Origin: a virus
Taxonomy: Duplodnaviria; Heunggongvirae; Uroviricota; Caudoviricetes
Strand: one strand, 5' to 3'
DNA length: 64,000 nucleotides
IMG/VR virus record: IMGVR_UViG_3300038443_000757
Span: 20,614 to 84,613 of that record
The notes under the pieces: model-generated
Databases searched by the model: none
Seen by the model: the letters and a program-made list of their open reading frames with translations, nothing else
What the model was told of the DNA's origin: nothing
Shown: one piece after another, positions 45,921 to 54,844 of the stretch
Position numbering within the stretch: position 1 is the stretch's first letter
Layout of the letters: each line of letters begins with the position of its first letter
Position numbers and translations under genes: made by a program

Positions 45921-46418
45921 ATGGAGAACAAATTTAAAGTTGGAGATATTGTAACTGGCAACGAATTGAGTAATGGGGAATATGGAATAATATCAACAGA
46001 TATGCTAAAAGGGGAAGTTGTTGACATTCTTGGTCGTGAAATGACTATTCGGGTTTTAGAGCATAATTGCCCTCAGTATTACGGCGATGAATATGTTGTT
46101 AAACAAGAATGCTTTGATCTTGTAGAAGATAAAAAAGAAGTTAATTCATCAAAAGATAAAGAAGATATTAAAGCAGAAACACCGAAGAGTGATGCCAAAA
46201 TTACTCTTGAAGATATGATTATTGTTGCGGCAGTTGGCGAATTCCTTGAACGGAATTATGAAGATTCTGTTGCAGAAGTGGCAGGCGTTAGAGAACTTAT
46301 TCTATTCACAATGGAGTCTATTAAAGCTACCAAAAGAATTCAAGAAGAAGATAAAAACTTTAACGAAGTTGAAGAAATTAGAAAAATCCTTCGTAAGTAT
46401 GTAAAAAAAGCTCTATAA
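45921..46418 (+). CDS. hypothetical protein, FKVGD-module paralog B
   Basis: MENKFKVGDIVTG N-terminus; tandem to paralog A. Confidence 0.5.
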   Translation: MENKFKVGDIVTGNELSNGEYGIISTDMLKGEVVDILGREMTIRVLEHNCPQYYGDEYVVKQECFDLVEDKKEVNSSKDKEDIKAETPKSDAKITLEDMIIVAAVGEFLERNYEDSVAEVAGVRELILFTMESIKATKRIQEEDKNFNEVEEIRKILRKYVKKAL

Positions 46419-46483
46419 GTGAAAGATAAAATAAATGGGGTGCGGATTGATTTCTGCACTCCAAAAACGAAAGGATGAACTGA

Positions 46484-47863
46484 ATGTTAAAAGATTTATT
46501 TTCTAATCCTCTTATTTTGACTGATACGTACAATCTATCTCATCAATTTCTCAAGTTCAATAATGACTGGGAAGTTAGCCATGTTTATAATAGAAAGCGT
46601 CCAATGGTACTTTATGGGGTTTCTGAAGCTGTAAATCGTGTTCTTTCTATTAAAATTGAAATGTGGATGGTTGACGAAGCTGAACAATATGCAAAAGAAA
46701 AAAGTATGCCATTCCCAAGAGAGTTGTGGGAACGAGTTGTAAATGAATTCAATGGCTATGCACCAATCATGATTGAATCTCTTCCTGAAGGATCATATAT
46801 TCCTGCTGGTACACCATTCATGCAGATTCGTAATACCGTTGAAGGATTTGGCGAATTAAAGGATTGGTGGGAAGGTATTATTCTTCAAAATGCTTTTGCC
46901 TCTGGTTGCGCTACACGTGCATATGAAATGGCAAAGTATCTTAAAGACAACGATCTTCCAATGATTCGTTTTCATAGTTTTGGATGGCGTGGGCATCAAT
47001 GTCCAGAAAGTGGATATTGGGCTGGTACTGCTTGGAATCTATTCCTTGTAGGAACTGATGATTTCCATACTAAAAAGCATACACCAAAAGCCAAGATTGG
47101 TAGCATTCCTGCACTTGCACATAAGGTAACTCAGCAATTCGATAAAGAATATGATTGTTATATTCGTGCAATTGATTTTGCTGTCAATACGCCACTTCGA
47201 ACTGTGGCATTAGTTATTGATACTTATGATGCTAATCGTTTTATTAATCAGTATCTTATTGGCCTTGCTCGCTATGCACTTGACAAAGGTGTCCATATTG
47301 TTTGCCGTCCTGACAGTGGAGATGTTCTTGATCAAGCTATTGAGATTTACAAAGTATGTATTGAAAACAATCTTGCAAACGTCTCTGTGATCATTGGAGA
47401 AGGCATTACGTTTGAGGTGGTCAAAGCATATGATGCAAAGCTTAAAGATGCTGGAGTGCCATTGGCGTTCGTCTCTTATGGTATTGGTGCTGGATTCTAC
47501 AAGGACATTGACCGTGACTACCTTGGATTTGCAATGAAGGTTGCATTCTCTAATGGTAAGCCACGTATGAAATTTGGAATGACAGCGTTGAAGCGCAGTA
47601 TTCCCGGCAAGGTTTCTATCATTAAAAAAGACGGAGATTTGCTCGTCATTCCTGAAGGAAGTCTTATGTCCTATACGTACAATGATCTTTATGAGATTAT
47701 TTATGTTCATGATGACACTACTGAAGAGCCAATTATCAAAACAACTGAATGGAATGAAATTTATGATCGTGTTCAAGAAGTTGATGATCATCAAAAAGTA
47801 ATCTACATTTCTCAGGAAATTGAAAATATGATTGCTGAATTCAAAGAACAATATAAAGGGTGA
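46484..47863 (+). CDS. nadV: nicotinamide phosphoribosyltransferase (NAMPT/NadV)
   Basis: N-terminal NPLILTDTYNLSH (cf. NAMPT ..TDSYKVTH); about 460 aa type II PRTase. Confidence 0.8.
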   Translation: MLKDLFSNPLILTDTYNLSHQFLKFNNDWEVSHVYNRKRPMVLYGVSEAVNRVLSIKIEMWMVDEAEQYAKEKSMPFPRELWERVVNEFNGYAPIMIESLPEGSYIPAGTPFMQIRNTVEGFGELKDWWEGIILQNAFASGCATRAYEMAKYLKDNDLPMIRFHSFGWRGHQCPESGYWAGTAWNLFLVGTDDFHTKKHTPKAKIGSIPALAHKVTQQFDKEYDCYIRAIDFAVNTPLRTVALVIDTYDANRFINQYLIGLARYALDKGVHIVCRPDSGDVLDQAIEIYKVCIENNLANVSVIIGEGITFEVVKAYDAKLKDAGVPLAFVSYGIGAGFYKDIDRDYLGFAMKVAFSNGKPRMKFGMTALKRSIPGKVSIIKKDGDLLVIPEGSLMSYTYNDLYEIIYVHDDTTEEPIIKTTEWNEIYDRVQEVDDHQKVIYISQEIENMIAEFKEQYKG

Positions 47864-47868
47864 TATGT

Positions 47869-48642
47869 ATGGAAATGAATATGAACAATAAAGATGCAAA
47901 TGGAGATATTATTAGCGCAACACCGCCTAGGCCTTGGACAATTGGCGATCCTCCACCATATAATCATGAAAAAAATAACACAATCTGGACTGGGCCATCA
48001 ACTTTCCCATATCTTACACCTATGCCTAAAAAACCATTTAAATTTGGTTTTTTGCTTGGACGATTCCAGCATATTCATATTGGTCATGAACAAATGATTG
48101 ATAGAGCGCTTGATGTTTGCGAGAAGGTTTTGGTCATTGTTGGCTCTGCACAAGATGATGCACGAATTACCAATCCAATTCGCAATCCGTTTGAAACTCA
48201 TTTTCGCATTAGGCTTATCAATGAGATTTATAAAGACAAGCCAAATCTCTTTGTAACGTCTATGCCTGATTTGACTCACGAAAATGATCATAGCTGGGCA
48301 TGGGGCAACTTTGTTCTTCAAAATGTTGCACTGCGAGCTAATCAGTATGATATCAAAGAAAGTCCTGATATTATGGTTTTTGGTAATGACGAAGAAAGAA
48401 TGTCGTGGTTTAATCCAGACGATATCAAGACAGTTAATCAACTGATTGTTGCGCGTGGAAACATTGACATTAGTGCTACTCAAATGCGCAATTATCTTGT
48501 TGAAAATAATTTTTGGAAATGGCGGCAGTATGTAAACTTGAAACTTTCACCATTGTTCCCTGTAATTCGTGAAGAACTTTTCAAAGTAGAACACTACAGA
48601 AAGTTGGCTGAAGAAAATGGAACAATCAATGCCCACAAGTAA
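47869..48642 (+). CDS. nicotinamide-nucleotide adenylyltransferase (NadM/NatV-type)
   Basis: GFLLGRFQHIHIGHEQMI (HxGH nucleotidyltransferase motif); ISATQMR C-terminal motif. Confidence 0.75.
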   Translation: MEMNMNNKDANGDIISATPPRPWTIGDPPPYNHEKNNTIWTGPSTFPYLTPMPKKPFKFGFLLGRFQHIHIGHEQMIDRALDVCEKVLVIVGSAQDDARITNPIRNPFETHFRIRLINEIYKDKPNLFVTSMPDLTHENDHSWAWGNFVLQNVALRANQYDIKESPDIMVFGNDEERMSWFNPDDIKTVNQLIVARGNIDISATQMRNYLVENNFWKWRQYVNLKLSPLFPVIREELFKVEHYRKLAEENGTINAHK

Positions 48643-49174
48643 ACTTTGCAAGGAAAATTATAAAGGTGCCATTTACACTGATCGAACTGAAGAAATTTCA
48701 TTTCCAGACGGAAAGAAAATTACTAGAGATGTTATTGTAAAAAATGAAGTGGCGGTCGCACTGGTTCATAATATTGACACTGATACTGTAGTTCTTATTA
48801 GAGAATTTAGAGTTGGTTCTATGAAGTATGAACTTGGTGGCGTTGCTGGCATTGTTGAAGTTGGTGAATATCCCATGAATGCAATTGTTAGAGAACTTGT
48901 TGAAGAAACTGGGTATAGTGATACAGTTATTGTACAATCCCTTGGAACAACTATGACTTCCTCTGGCTTTACCAATGAAAAAGTTCATCACTTTTACATT
49001 AAAGTGAGGGGCTTGAGAGGCGATCAGAATCTTGATGCAGATGAATCTATTGAAGTTATTGAGCGTCCTTTTGAAGATATTGCTATTATGATGGCAAATG
49101 GTGAAATTACTTCTAATCATTTACACGCTTGCTTGTTAAAACTTATGATGAATAATGGATATGAATTGGTATGA
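48617..49174 (+). CDS. Nudix hydrolase (ADP-ribose pyrophosphatase-like)
   Basis: Nudix box GGVAGIVEVGEYPMNAIVRELVEETGY. Confidence 0.8.
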   Translation: MEQSMPTSKLCKENYKGAIYTDRTEEISFPDGKKITRDVIVKNEVAVALVHNIDTDTVVLIREFRVGSMKYELGGVAGIVEVGEYPMNAIVRELVEETGYSDTVIVQSLGTTMTSSGFTNEKVHHFYIKVRGLRGDQNLDADESIEVIERPFEDIAIMMANGEITSNHLHACLLKLMMNNGYELV

Positions 49175-49177
49175 TGA

Positions 49178-49342
49178 ATGGGAATGATTAAATTTGAATA
49201 TAAAGAAGTACCTTTTCATTCACTGTCGCCTCATCATGGGCAACTTAGTATAAAATTATTAAATGAATTAGGTGCCCAAGGTTGGGAACTTGTAACTATT
49301 ATCAGTGGAGAATGTATCTTTAAACGACAAATAAAAGAATAA
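49178..49342 (+). CDS. DUF4177-like small protein (54 aa)
   Basis: KFEYKEV...LNELGAQGWELVTI resembles the DUF4177 family. Not in the ORF track. Confidence 0.4.
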   Translation: MGMIKFEYKEVPFHSLSPHHGQLSIKLLNELGAQGWELVTIISGECIFKRQIKE

Positions 49343-49349
49343 ACAACTA

Positions 49350-49400
49350 TTGACATTTGGCACTCTATATGGTAAAATGGATTTTACTTGCTAGAGTGCC
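49350..49400 (+). promoter_or_regulatory. sigma-A promoter (TTGACA-17-TAAAAT) embedded in 9-bp inverted repeat GGCACTCTA/TAGAGTGCC (operator-like)
   Basis: IR arms at 49359-67 and 49392-400 bracket the -10 and the start site. Confidence 0.5.
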
Positions 49401-49423
49401 ATTTATTTTAAGGAGGTTAAAAG

Positions 49424-49807
49424 ATGTTTTGGAACAAAGATGATAATGCAGAAAAAGTTAAAGGTAGAAGTGTAAAATATTTTATTGATGATGTTATTAA
49501 AAATATTGGAATTGATAAGACTATTACAATTAACAATGTTAAATTTCATGTAGCGAATGATCCTTGGTATCGTATTAGCGGAAAATCTGCATCTGAATCT
49601 ATATCCATTATAATTACTCTGATCAATGATGATGATGAACTTGTTGTATTTAAAGATGATGAATGGCTCTATCAAGGATCATGGTGCGATAAGATTTACA
49701 AGATCATTGACGATATTAAAGAACAAAAGCAAAGAGCAAAAGTAAGGAAAGATAAAGAATTTGCAGATAAATTAGAGAGATTTGAAAAAGCGTTTGGTGA
49801 TGAGTAA
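49424..49807 (+). CDS. hypothetical protein
   Basis: AAGGAGG RBS. Confidence 0.5.
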   Translation: MFWNKDDNAEKVKGRSVKYFIDDVIKNIGIDKTITINNVKFHVANDPWYRISGKSASESISIIITLINDDDELVVFKDDEWLYQGSWCDKIYKIIDDIKEQKQRAKVRKDKEFADKLERFEKAFGDE

Positions 49808-50064
49808 TGAGTGATTTCTACAATTGGAAATTAGTTAAAAAGACAAGAAAGGATCATAATTGCTTTGGTTGTTGTGAAAAAATCCCTTCTGGTTCATCTG
49901 CACATTATTATGCTGGAGTATTCGAAGGATATTTTTCAACTTCTTATTATTGTATTCCATGTAAAAAATACGTTGATGAGAATCCTGAAGATTGGTCAGA
50001 AGGATTTTATTATGGGGACATTGGTGAGTCAAGAAGAAGGTTGGAAAAAATGAATGGAAGATAA
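49807..50064 (+). CDS. Cys-rich zinc-ribbon protein
   Basis: CFGCC...CIPCKKY. Confidence 0.45.
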   Translation: MSDFYNWKLVKKTRKDHNCFGCCEKIPSGSSAHYYAGVFEGYFSTSYYCIPCKKYVDENPEDWSEGFYYGDIGESRRRLEKMNGR

Positions 50065-50509
50065 AATAATTATATATACAGACGGAAGTGTAGATCACAA
50101 AGATAGAGTTGGCGGAATTGGTATTGTAATGTCTTACAAAGGAAATGTAAAAGAAGTCTATGAAGGTTATGAAGATACCACAATCAGCCGAATGGAATTG
50201 CAAGCTTGCATTAGTGCAATTAAGCAACTTAAACGAAATGACATTCCTGTTGAAATATATTCGGACAGTGCCTATGTAGTAAATTGTTTTAAAGATAAGT
50301 GGTATGTGAATTGGCGTTCAAACGGTTGGAAGAATGCAAAGAAGAAGCCAGTTGAAAATCAGGATTTATGGGTTGAATTGCTTGATCTTTATGAGAAGCA
50401 TGGGAATGTTAGTCTTTGTAAGGTGAAAGGACACATTGGTGTTCCTGAGAACGAAAGAGCAGATGTTCTTGCTAATATGGGAAGGAGATTGATTTTGGAT
50501 GCAAAATAA
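50054..50509 (+). CDS. rnhA: ribonuclease HI
   Basis: DEDD residues in order (YTDGS, MELQA, YSDSAYV, ERADVLA), with the basic protrusion KWYVNWRSNGWKNAKKKPVEN. Confidence 0.85.
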   Translation: MEDKIIIYTDGSVDHKDRVGGIGIVMSYKGNVKEVYEGYEDTTISRMELQACISAIKQLKRNDIPVEIYSDSAYVVNCFKDKWYVNWRSNGWKNAKKKPVENQDLWVELLDLYEKHGNVSLCKVKGHIGVPENERADVLANMGRRLILDAK

Positions 50510-50687
50510 TTGTGAATGTAATAGAAGTTTTTACATTGACTCTATGTGCAAACCATGCCTTGAACGAGTTAGAAAGAGCGCCTTAGAGAAAATTGAGCAA
50601 CTAGAAGAAGAAATACTTGATATTGATGCCGTTCTTGATGAAATCAACTTCTATTTATACGATGAAGATGATGAGGGGGAAGAATAA
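50499..50687 (+). CDS. hypothetical protein
   Basis: Cys-containing N-terminus and acidic tail. Confidence 0.4.
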   Translation: MQNNCECNRSFYIDSMCKPCLERVRKSALEKIEQLEEEILDIDAVLDEINFYLYDEDDEGEE

Positions 50688-50897
50688 ATGGAATTAAATG
50701 GGTGGTATGTTGTAATATTCAAGAAACCCTACTCAATCTATAATAGTACAATAAAAACTGGGAATACCATGCAATTCGTAGGTAAATGTGAAAACTTTAA
50801 TCCTACTGGATTGTGTGCATTCAGTAATGATAAAAATGAAATGTTGTTAGTTCATTATATTGATATATTACAAATGATTCCTACAGAAAAACAATAA
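50688..50897 (+). CDS. hypothetical protein
   Basis: 69-aa ORF. Confidence 0.4.
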   Translation: MELNGWYVVIFKKPYSIYNSTIKTGNTMQFVGKCENFNPTGLCAFSNDKNEMLLVHYIDILQMIPTEKQ

Positions 50898-50912
50898 GGG
50901 AGAAGTGATAAA

Positions 50913-51140
50913 ATGAAATCATTGTTGTCTATTCTTGGAGTATTGATTGTTATCGGAGGATTTTGTGCTGGATTCTATATTGACATCTACATGCTGATCA
51001 AAGCAATCATTGACATTGTACATGGTGGGAATATTGCATGGGATGTATTCATGATTATTATTAGAGAAGTTGTTGGATTTCTGGTAATTGTCTTCTGTTG
51101 GTTTGTTGGCATTGCACTGCTTGCGGCGGCGAATGATTAA
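50913..51140 (+). CDS. small membrane protein
   Basis: Three hydrophobic helices. Confidence 0.45.
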   Translation: MKSLLSILGVLIVIGGFCAGFYIDIYMLIKAIIDIVHGGNIAWDVFMIIIREVVGFLVIVFCWFVGIALLAAAND

Positions 51141-51232
51141 GTGATGAAAGAATAAATTAGAGATAACAAATTAGTCAATCTGATTGCAATAAAGTGACAA
51201 CTTGATTTGCCAGAAGACAAGGGAGAGATTCT

Positions 51233-53539
51233 ATGGAATTAAATGTAATTGATAATTGTGCTTGTTGTGCAACTGAAGATGGATTTGTAAATCTCCATTT
51301 ACACACAGCATATTCGCTTCTCGATGCACTTAGTAAGCCAGAAGATATTATAGCAAAAGTAAAAGGTTTAAATCAAAGAGGATTTGCTTGTACGGAACAC
51401 GGCAACGTTCATAGTTCTGTAAAAGCTTATAAATTGGCTAAAGAAAATTCTTTGAAGTTTATTTATGGATTAGAGGCATATATCACTGAAGATAGATTTA
51501 TCAAAGATAAAACAAATAAATACTATCATCTAACTATCCTAGCAAAAAATGAACAGGGTAGACAGAACATCAATAAGCTTGTAACAATCTCCAATCTTGA
51601 AGGATTTTATTTTAAACCTCGTATTGACTTTAAATTGCTTGAAGAATTTGGTGATGGCTTAATCATCATGTCAGGATGTATGGCCTCTGAATTGCAACAA
51701 GCATTAGCTGGAGGAAAGATTGGTAATGGTGATGTTGAAATAACATCTGGCAACATTGAGAGAGCCAAAGAAATTGCAAGACGTTATCGTAATGCATTTG
51801 GTGAGGATTATTATCTTGAAGTTCAATCACACAGAGATAAGCGTCAACAGCAATTAAATCGTGCGATAGTTGACATTGCAAAAGACTTAGGCATTCAATG
51901 GGTTGCTACTGCTGACAGTCATTTTGTCAATGAAGAAGATTTAGATTTGCACAGGGTTTTCATTGGTATCAACCGTAACAAAGACGATTTTGAATCTGAC
52001 GAAACATATCAAGACACACAGATTCAAAGTGAAAAAGAGGCATGGAATCTTCTTATGTCTTTGACTGAAGATGAGCGTAATGTTGCAATTAGGAATACTC
52101 TGAACATAATGGATAAATGCAATGCTCCATTGCCACTTTCAGCACCTTTAATTCCTCATGTTAAAGTTCCAGAAGGTTTTGAAACTGAGGAAGATTACTT
52201 GCAACATTTGTGTAACGAGGGATGGAAGTTTAGGAAGATTGGATATAAATCAAAGAAGCTTCAACAAGAATATAGGGACAGACTTATTTATGAATTTAAT
52301 GCGATCAAGGATATGGGATTCACAGGATACTATCTCCTTGTTTATGGATACGCAACATCTGTTCGCAGAAGAGGTATTGCACGTGGTTCTGGTGGAGGTT
52401 CGCTTGTAGCTTATCTGATTAATATTGTAGATATTGATCCAATTGAACATGGATTGTATTTTGAGCGCTTTATTGATGTTGCCCAACTTGATTTAATCAA
52501 GAGTGGAGAGCTTAAGCCTGAAGAGATTAAAATACCAGATTTTGATTTGGATTTCGGCACAAAAGAACGCGATCTTGTCTATAACAATATCGTTACTGAA
52601 CATGGGTATGAGCATGTTGTAGCTCTTGGTCAATTTGGTTACATCTGGACCAAGAGCGCTATCAAGGATGTTGGTAGAGTGCTTGGAGTGCCATTTGAAG
52701 TAACGAATGAGATAACGAAGCTACTAGGAGAGGATACGATTGCAGAAGGGCTTACAAGTGGCATTCTGAAGCCCTATCAGCGTCAATATCCAAGACTGTT
52801 TGAGTATGCAATGAAACTAGAAGGATTACCCCGCTCATATGGAATGCATCCATGCGGTAAGGTAGTAACGATTGATCCTGCTGTTTATTATACAGGATTA
52901 TCACAGAAGGAAGGTCAGCTTGTCTTACAAGTTGACATGAAAGATGCAGAAGCACTTGGTTTAGTTAAGGTAGATTTACTTGGACTTCGTACAGTTGATG
53001 TAATCTATGACACACTAGATATGATTGGCAAGGACACTGAATATATCCGTAACATCACATACGATTGTGCTGAGATGTTAGAAATCTTTAAAAATGGATT
53101 TACTGACGGAGTTTTCCAGTTCGAGAGCGAAGGTATGAAGCAAACATTGATAAATATGATTCCTACCCATTTAGATGATCTAGGAGTTGTAAATGCTCTG
53201 TATAGGCCAGGAAGTTTGAAATATATCAAAAACTACATTGATAGGAAGCACGGAAGAGAACAATTTGAATATCTTCACCCTGATCTTGAACGTATTCTTA
53301 AAATCTCTTATGGCATTATTGTATATCAAGAACAACTGATTGAGATTGGACGAATGGCTGGCATGCGTAATCCAGACCTTTTACGTCAAGCTACAGGTAA
53401 AAAAGATATGAAGAAACTTGCGAAAGCTGAGCCTGAACTTCGTGATGGCTTGTACAAAAGAGGTTGGACAAAGGAGCAGGTAGATCAATTGTGGGAAGAT
53501 ATGCTGAACTTCGCCAAATATTCATTTAATAAAGCCCAT
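51233..53539 (+). CDS. dnaE: DNA polymerase III alpha (DnaE-type) exon 1: PHP domain, palm and fingers up to FNKAH
   Basis: PHP motif VNLHLHTAYSLLDAL; ends in the conserved YSFNKAH fingers motif. The 3' boundary is inferred. Confidence 0.7.
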
Positions 53540-53714
53540 AAAATGTGTGTGGCTTAGTGTGGCGACATACTAAGAAAATCCTTCTAATTGCGGGGAACTC
53601 CTAAAGACTTCAATACCAACTTAATATGGTGACATGATTAAGGGCGTTGCTAACTACAACGATATGGTAAAAAGTTGAAGTATAAATAATATGGACAATC
53701 CGCATCGAGACTTC

Positions 53715-53743
53715 TTGAAATAATTTACATCCCATGATACAAT
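53715..53743 (+). promoter_or_regulatory. promoter for intron ORF (TTGAAA-17-TACAAT)
   Basis: Inside the intron, upstream of the AAAGGAGG RBS of the HEG. Confidence 0.4.
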
Positions 53744-53766
53744 AGAAAGAAAGGAGGTTATAAATT

Positions 53767-54771
53767 ATGGCAAAAAAATATACTCAAAAACAAAAAGAAC
53801 TTATTTTAAAATTATATCAAGAGGCACAAGACTTGGATGAGGCTATATTAAGATTAAAAGAACAAGGAATAGTCATGACTAGGCAGGCAATGGCTGATAT
53901 GGCTCACGATAATGGTATAAAAAGAAAAAGAATTTATACAAAACAAAACAAATTATCAGTCATAGAGATAAGGCAATTAGTTTCAGATTATGAGTCTGGT
54001 ATTTTTACTATGGAAGAATTGATAAAAAAGTATGGTTTTAAAACAAGAAAATCAATAACAGATAAAGTTAAACTTTATAATGGCAAAATGAGAACGCAAG
54101 ATGAAGCTAATAAAATGAGAAAAACTTATGAAGAAACAATGTTTAATAAGCTTGATGCGGAATGGAAAGCTTATATGGTTGGACTGCTTCTTACCGATGG
54201 TTATATTACCAATGATCAAATAGGACTTGATTTAACCGATGAAGATGCAATAAGTTATCTTGCAGAAATGACTGGAAAGGGTAATTACACGACAATTGTT
54301 GATAGTTGTAAAAGTAAAAAGGCAAAATATAGACTAACTCTTAATTCTAAAACAATTATAGATGATTTGACTAGATTTGGGGTTGTGCCAAGAAAATCTC
54401 TAACATTAAAGGGGCCGTTGCTCAATGAAGATGAAAGAAATTATATTCCACATATCTTTAAAGGAATTATTGATGGAGACGGCTGGATTAGAAGTGATGG
54501 CAAAGAATTTTTTATCGTTTCTGCTTCAAGAGATTTTCTTGAGTGGTGCATAAAAGAGTTAATTCTATTAGGAATGAGTAATTTAAAAATTACTCAAAAA
54601 ACATTTGATAATGAAAAGTGGAATGACTGTTTTCTTGTTAGGACTGCTCTTAAATCAAATATAACTATTTTAAAAGAGAAAATATACGTCTATGACTTAG
54701 GGATGGGTCGTAAACGTGAAAAATTATTTCAAGAAGGGCGTTCAGAGACTACCACAAGGAAATCTCAATAA
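53767..54771 (+). CDS. LAGLIDADG homing endonuclease (double-motif) with N-terminal helix-turn-helix region
   Basis: Two LAGLIDADG motifs: MVGLLLTDGYI and FKGIIDGDGWI. Confidence 0.8.
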   Translation: MAKKYTQKQKELILKLYQEAQDLDEAILRLKEQGIVMTRQAMADMAHDNGIKRKRIYTKQNKLSVIEIRQLVSDYESGIFTMEELIKKYGFKTRKSITDKVKLYNGKMRTQDEANKMRKTYEETMFNKLDAEWKAYMVGLLLTDGYITNDQIGLDLTDEDAISYLAEMTGKGNYTTIVDSCKSKKAKYRLTLNSKTIIDDLTRFGVVPRKSLTLKGPLLNEDERNYIPHIFKGIIDGDGWIRSDGKEFFIVSASRDFLEWCIKELILLGMSNLKITQKTFDNEKWNDCFLVRTALKSNITILKEKIYVYDLGMGRKREKLFQEGRSETTTRKSQ

Positions 54772-54844
54772 ACTTTGAGATTATGGTATAGTCCAGACCA
54801 CAACGTATATATAATGCGACTAAGGAAATCTTAGTGTGGTAAAG

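Larger units (their letters stand above)
53540..54844 (+). mobile_element. putative group I intron with embedded homing endonuclease gene, interrupting dnaE
   Basis: In-frame TAG 15 nt after the FNKAH codons. The HEG has its own promoter and RBS. The ORF downstream resumes the DnaE sequence AYAIIAMICAYLKAFHPTEFM. Boundaries were inferred from protein colinearity, not from the intron fold. Confidence 0.55.

Noticed and set aside
46420-46470. Promoter at the TAAAATAAATG block before nadV
   Set aside because: It has the TAAGATAAAAT-like box but no acceptable -35 at 17 nt, and it is followed by an imperfect hairpin (GGGGTGCGGA/TCTGCACTCC). Possibly a processing or attenuation structure rather than a promoter, so not called.
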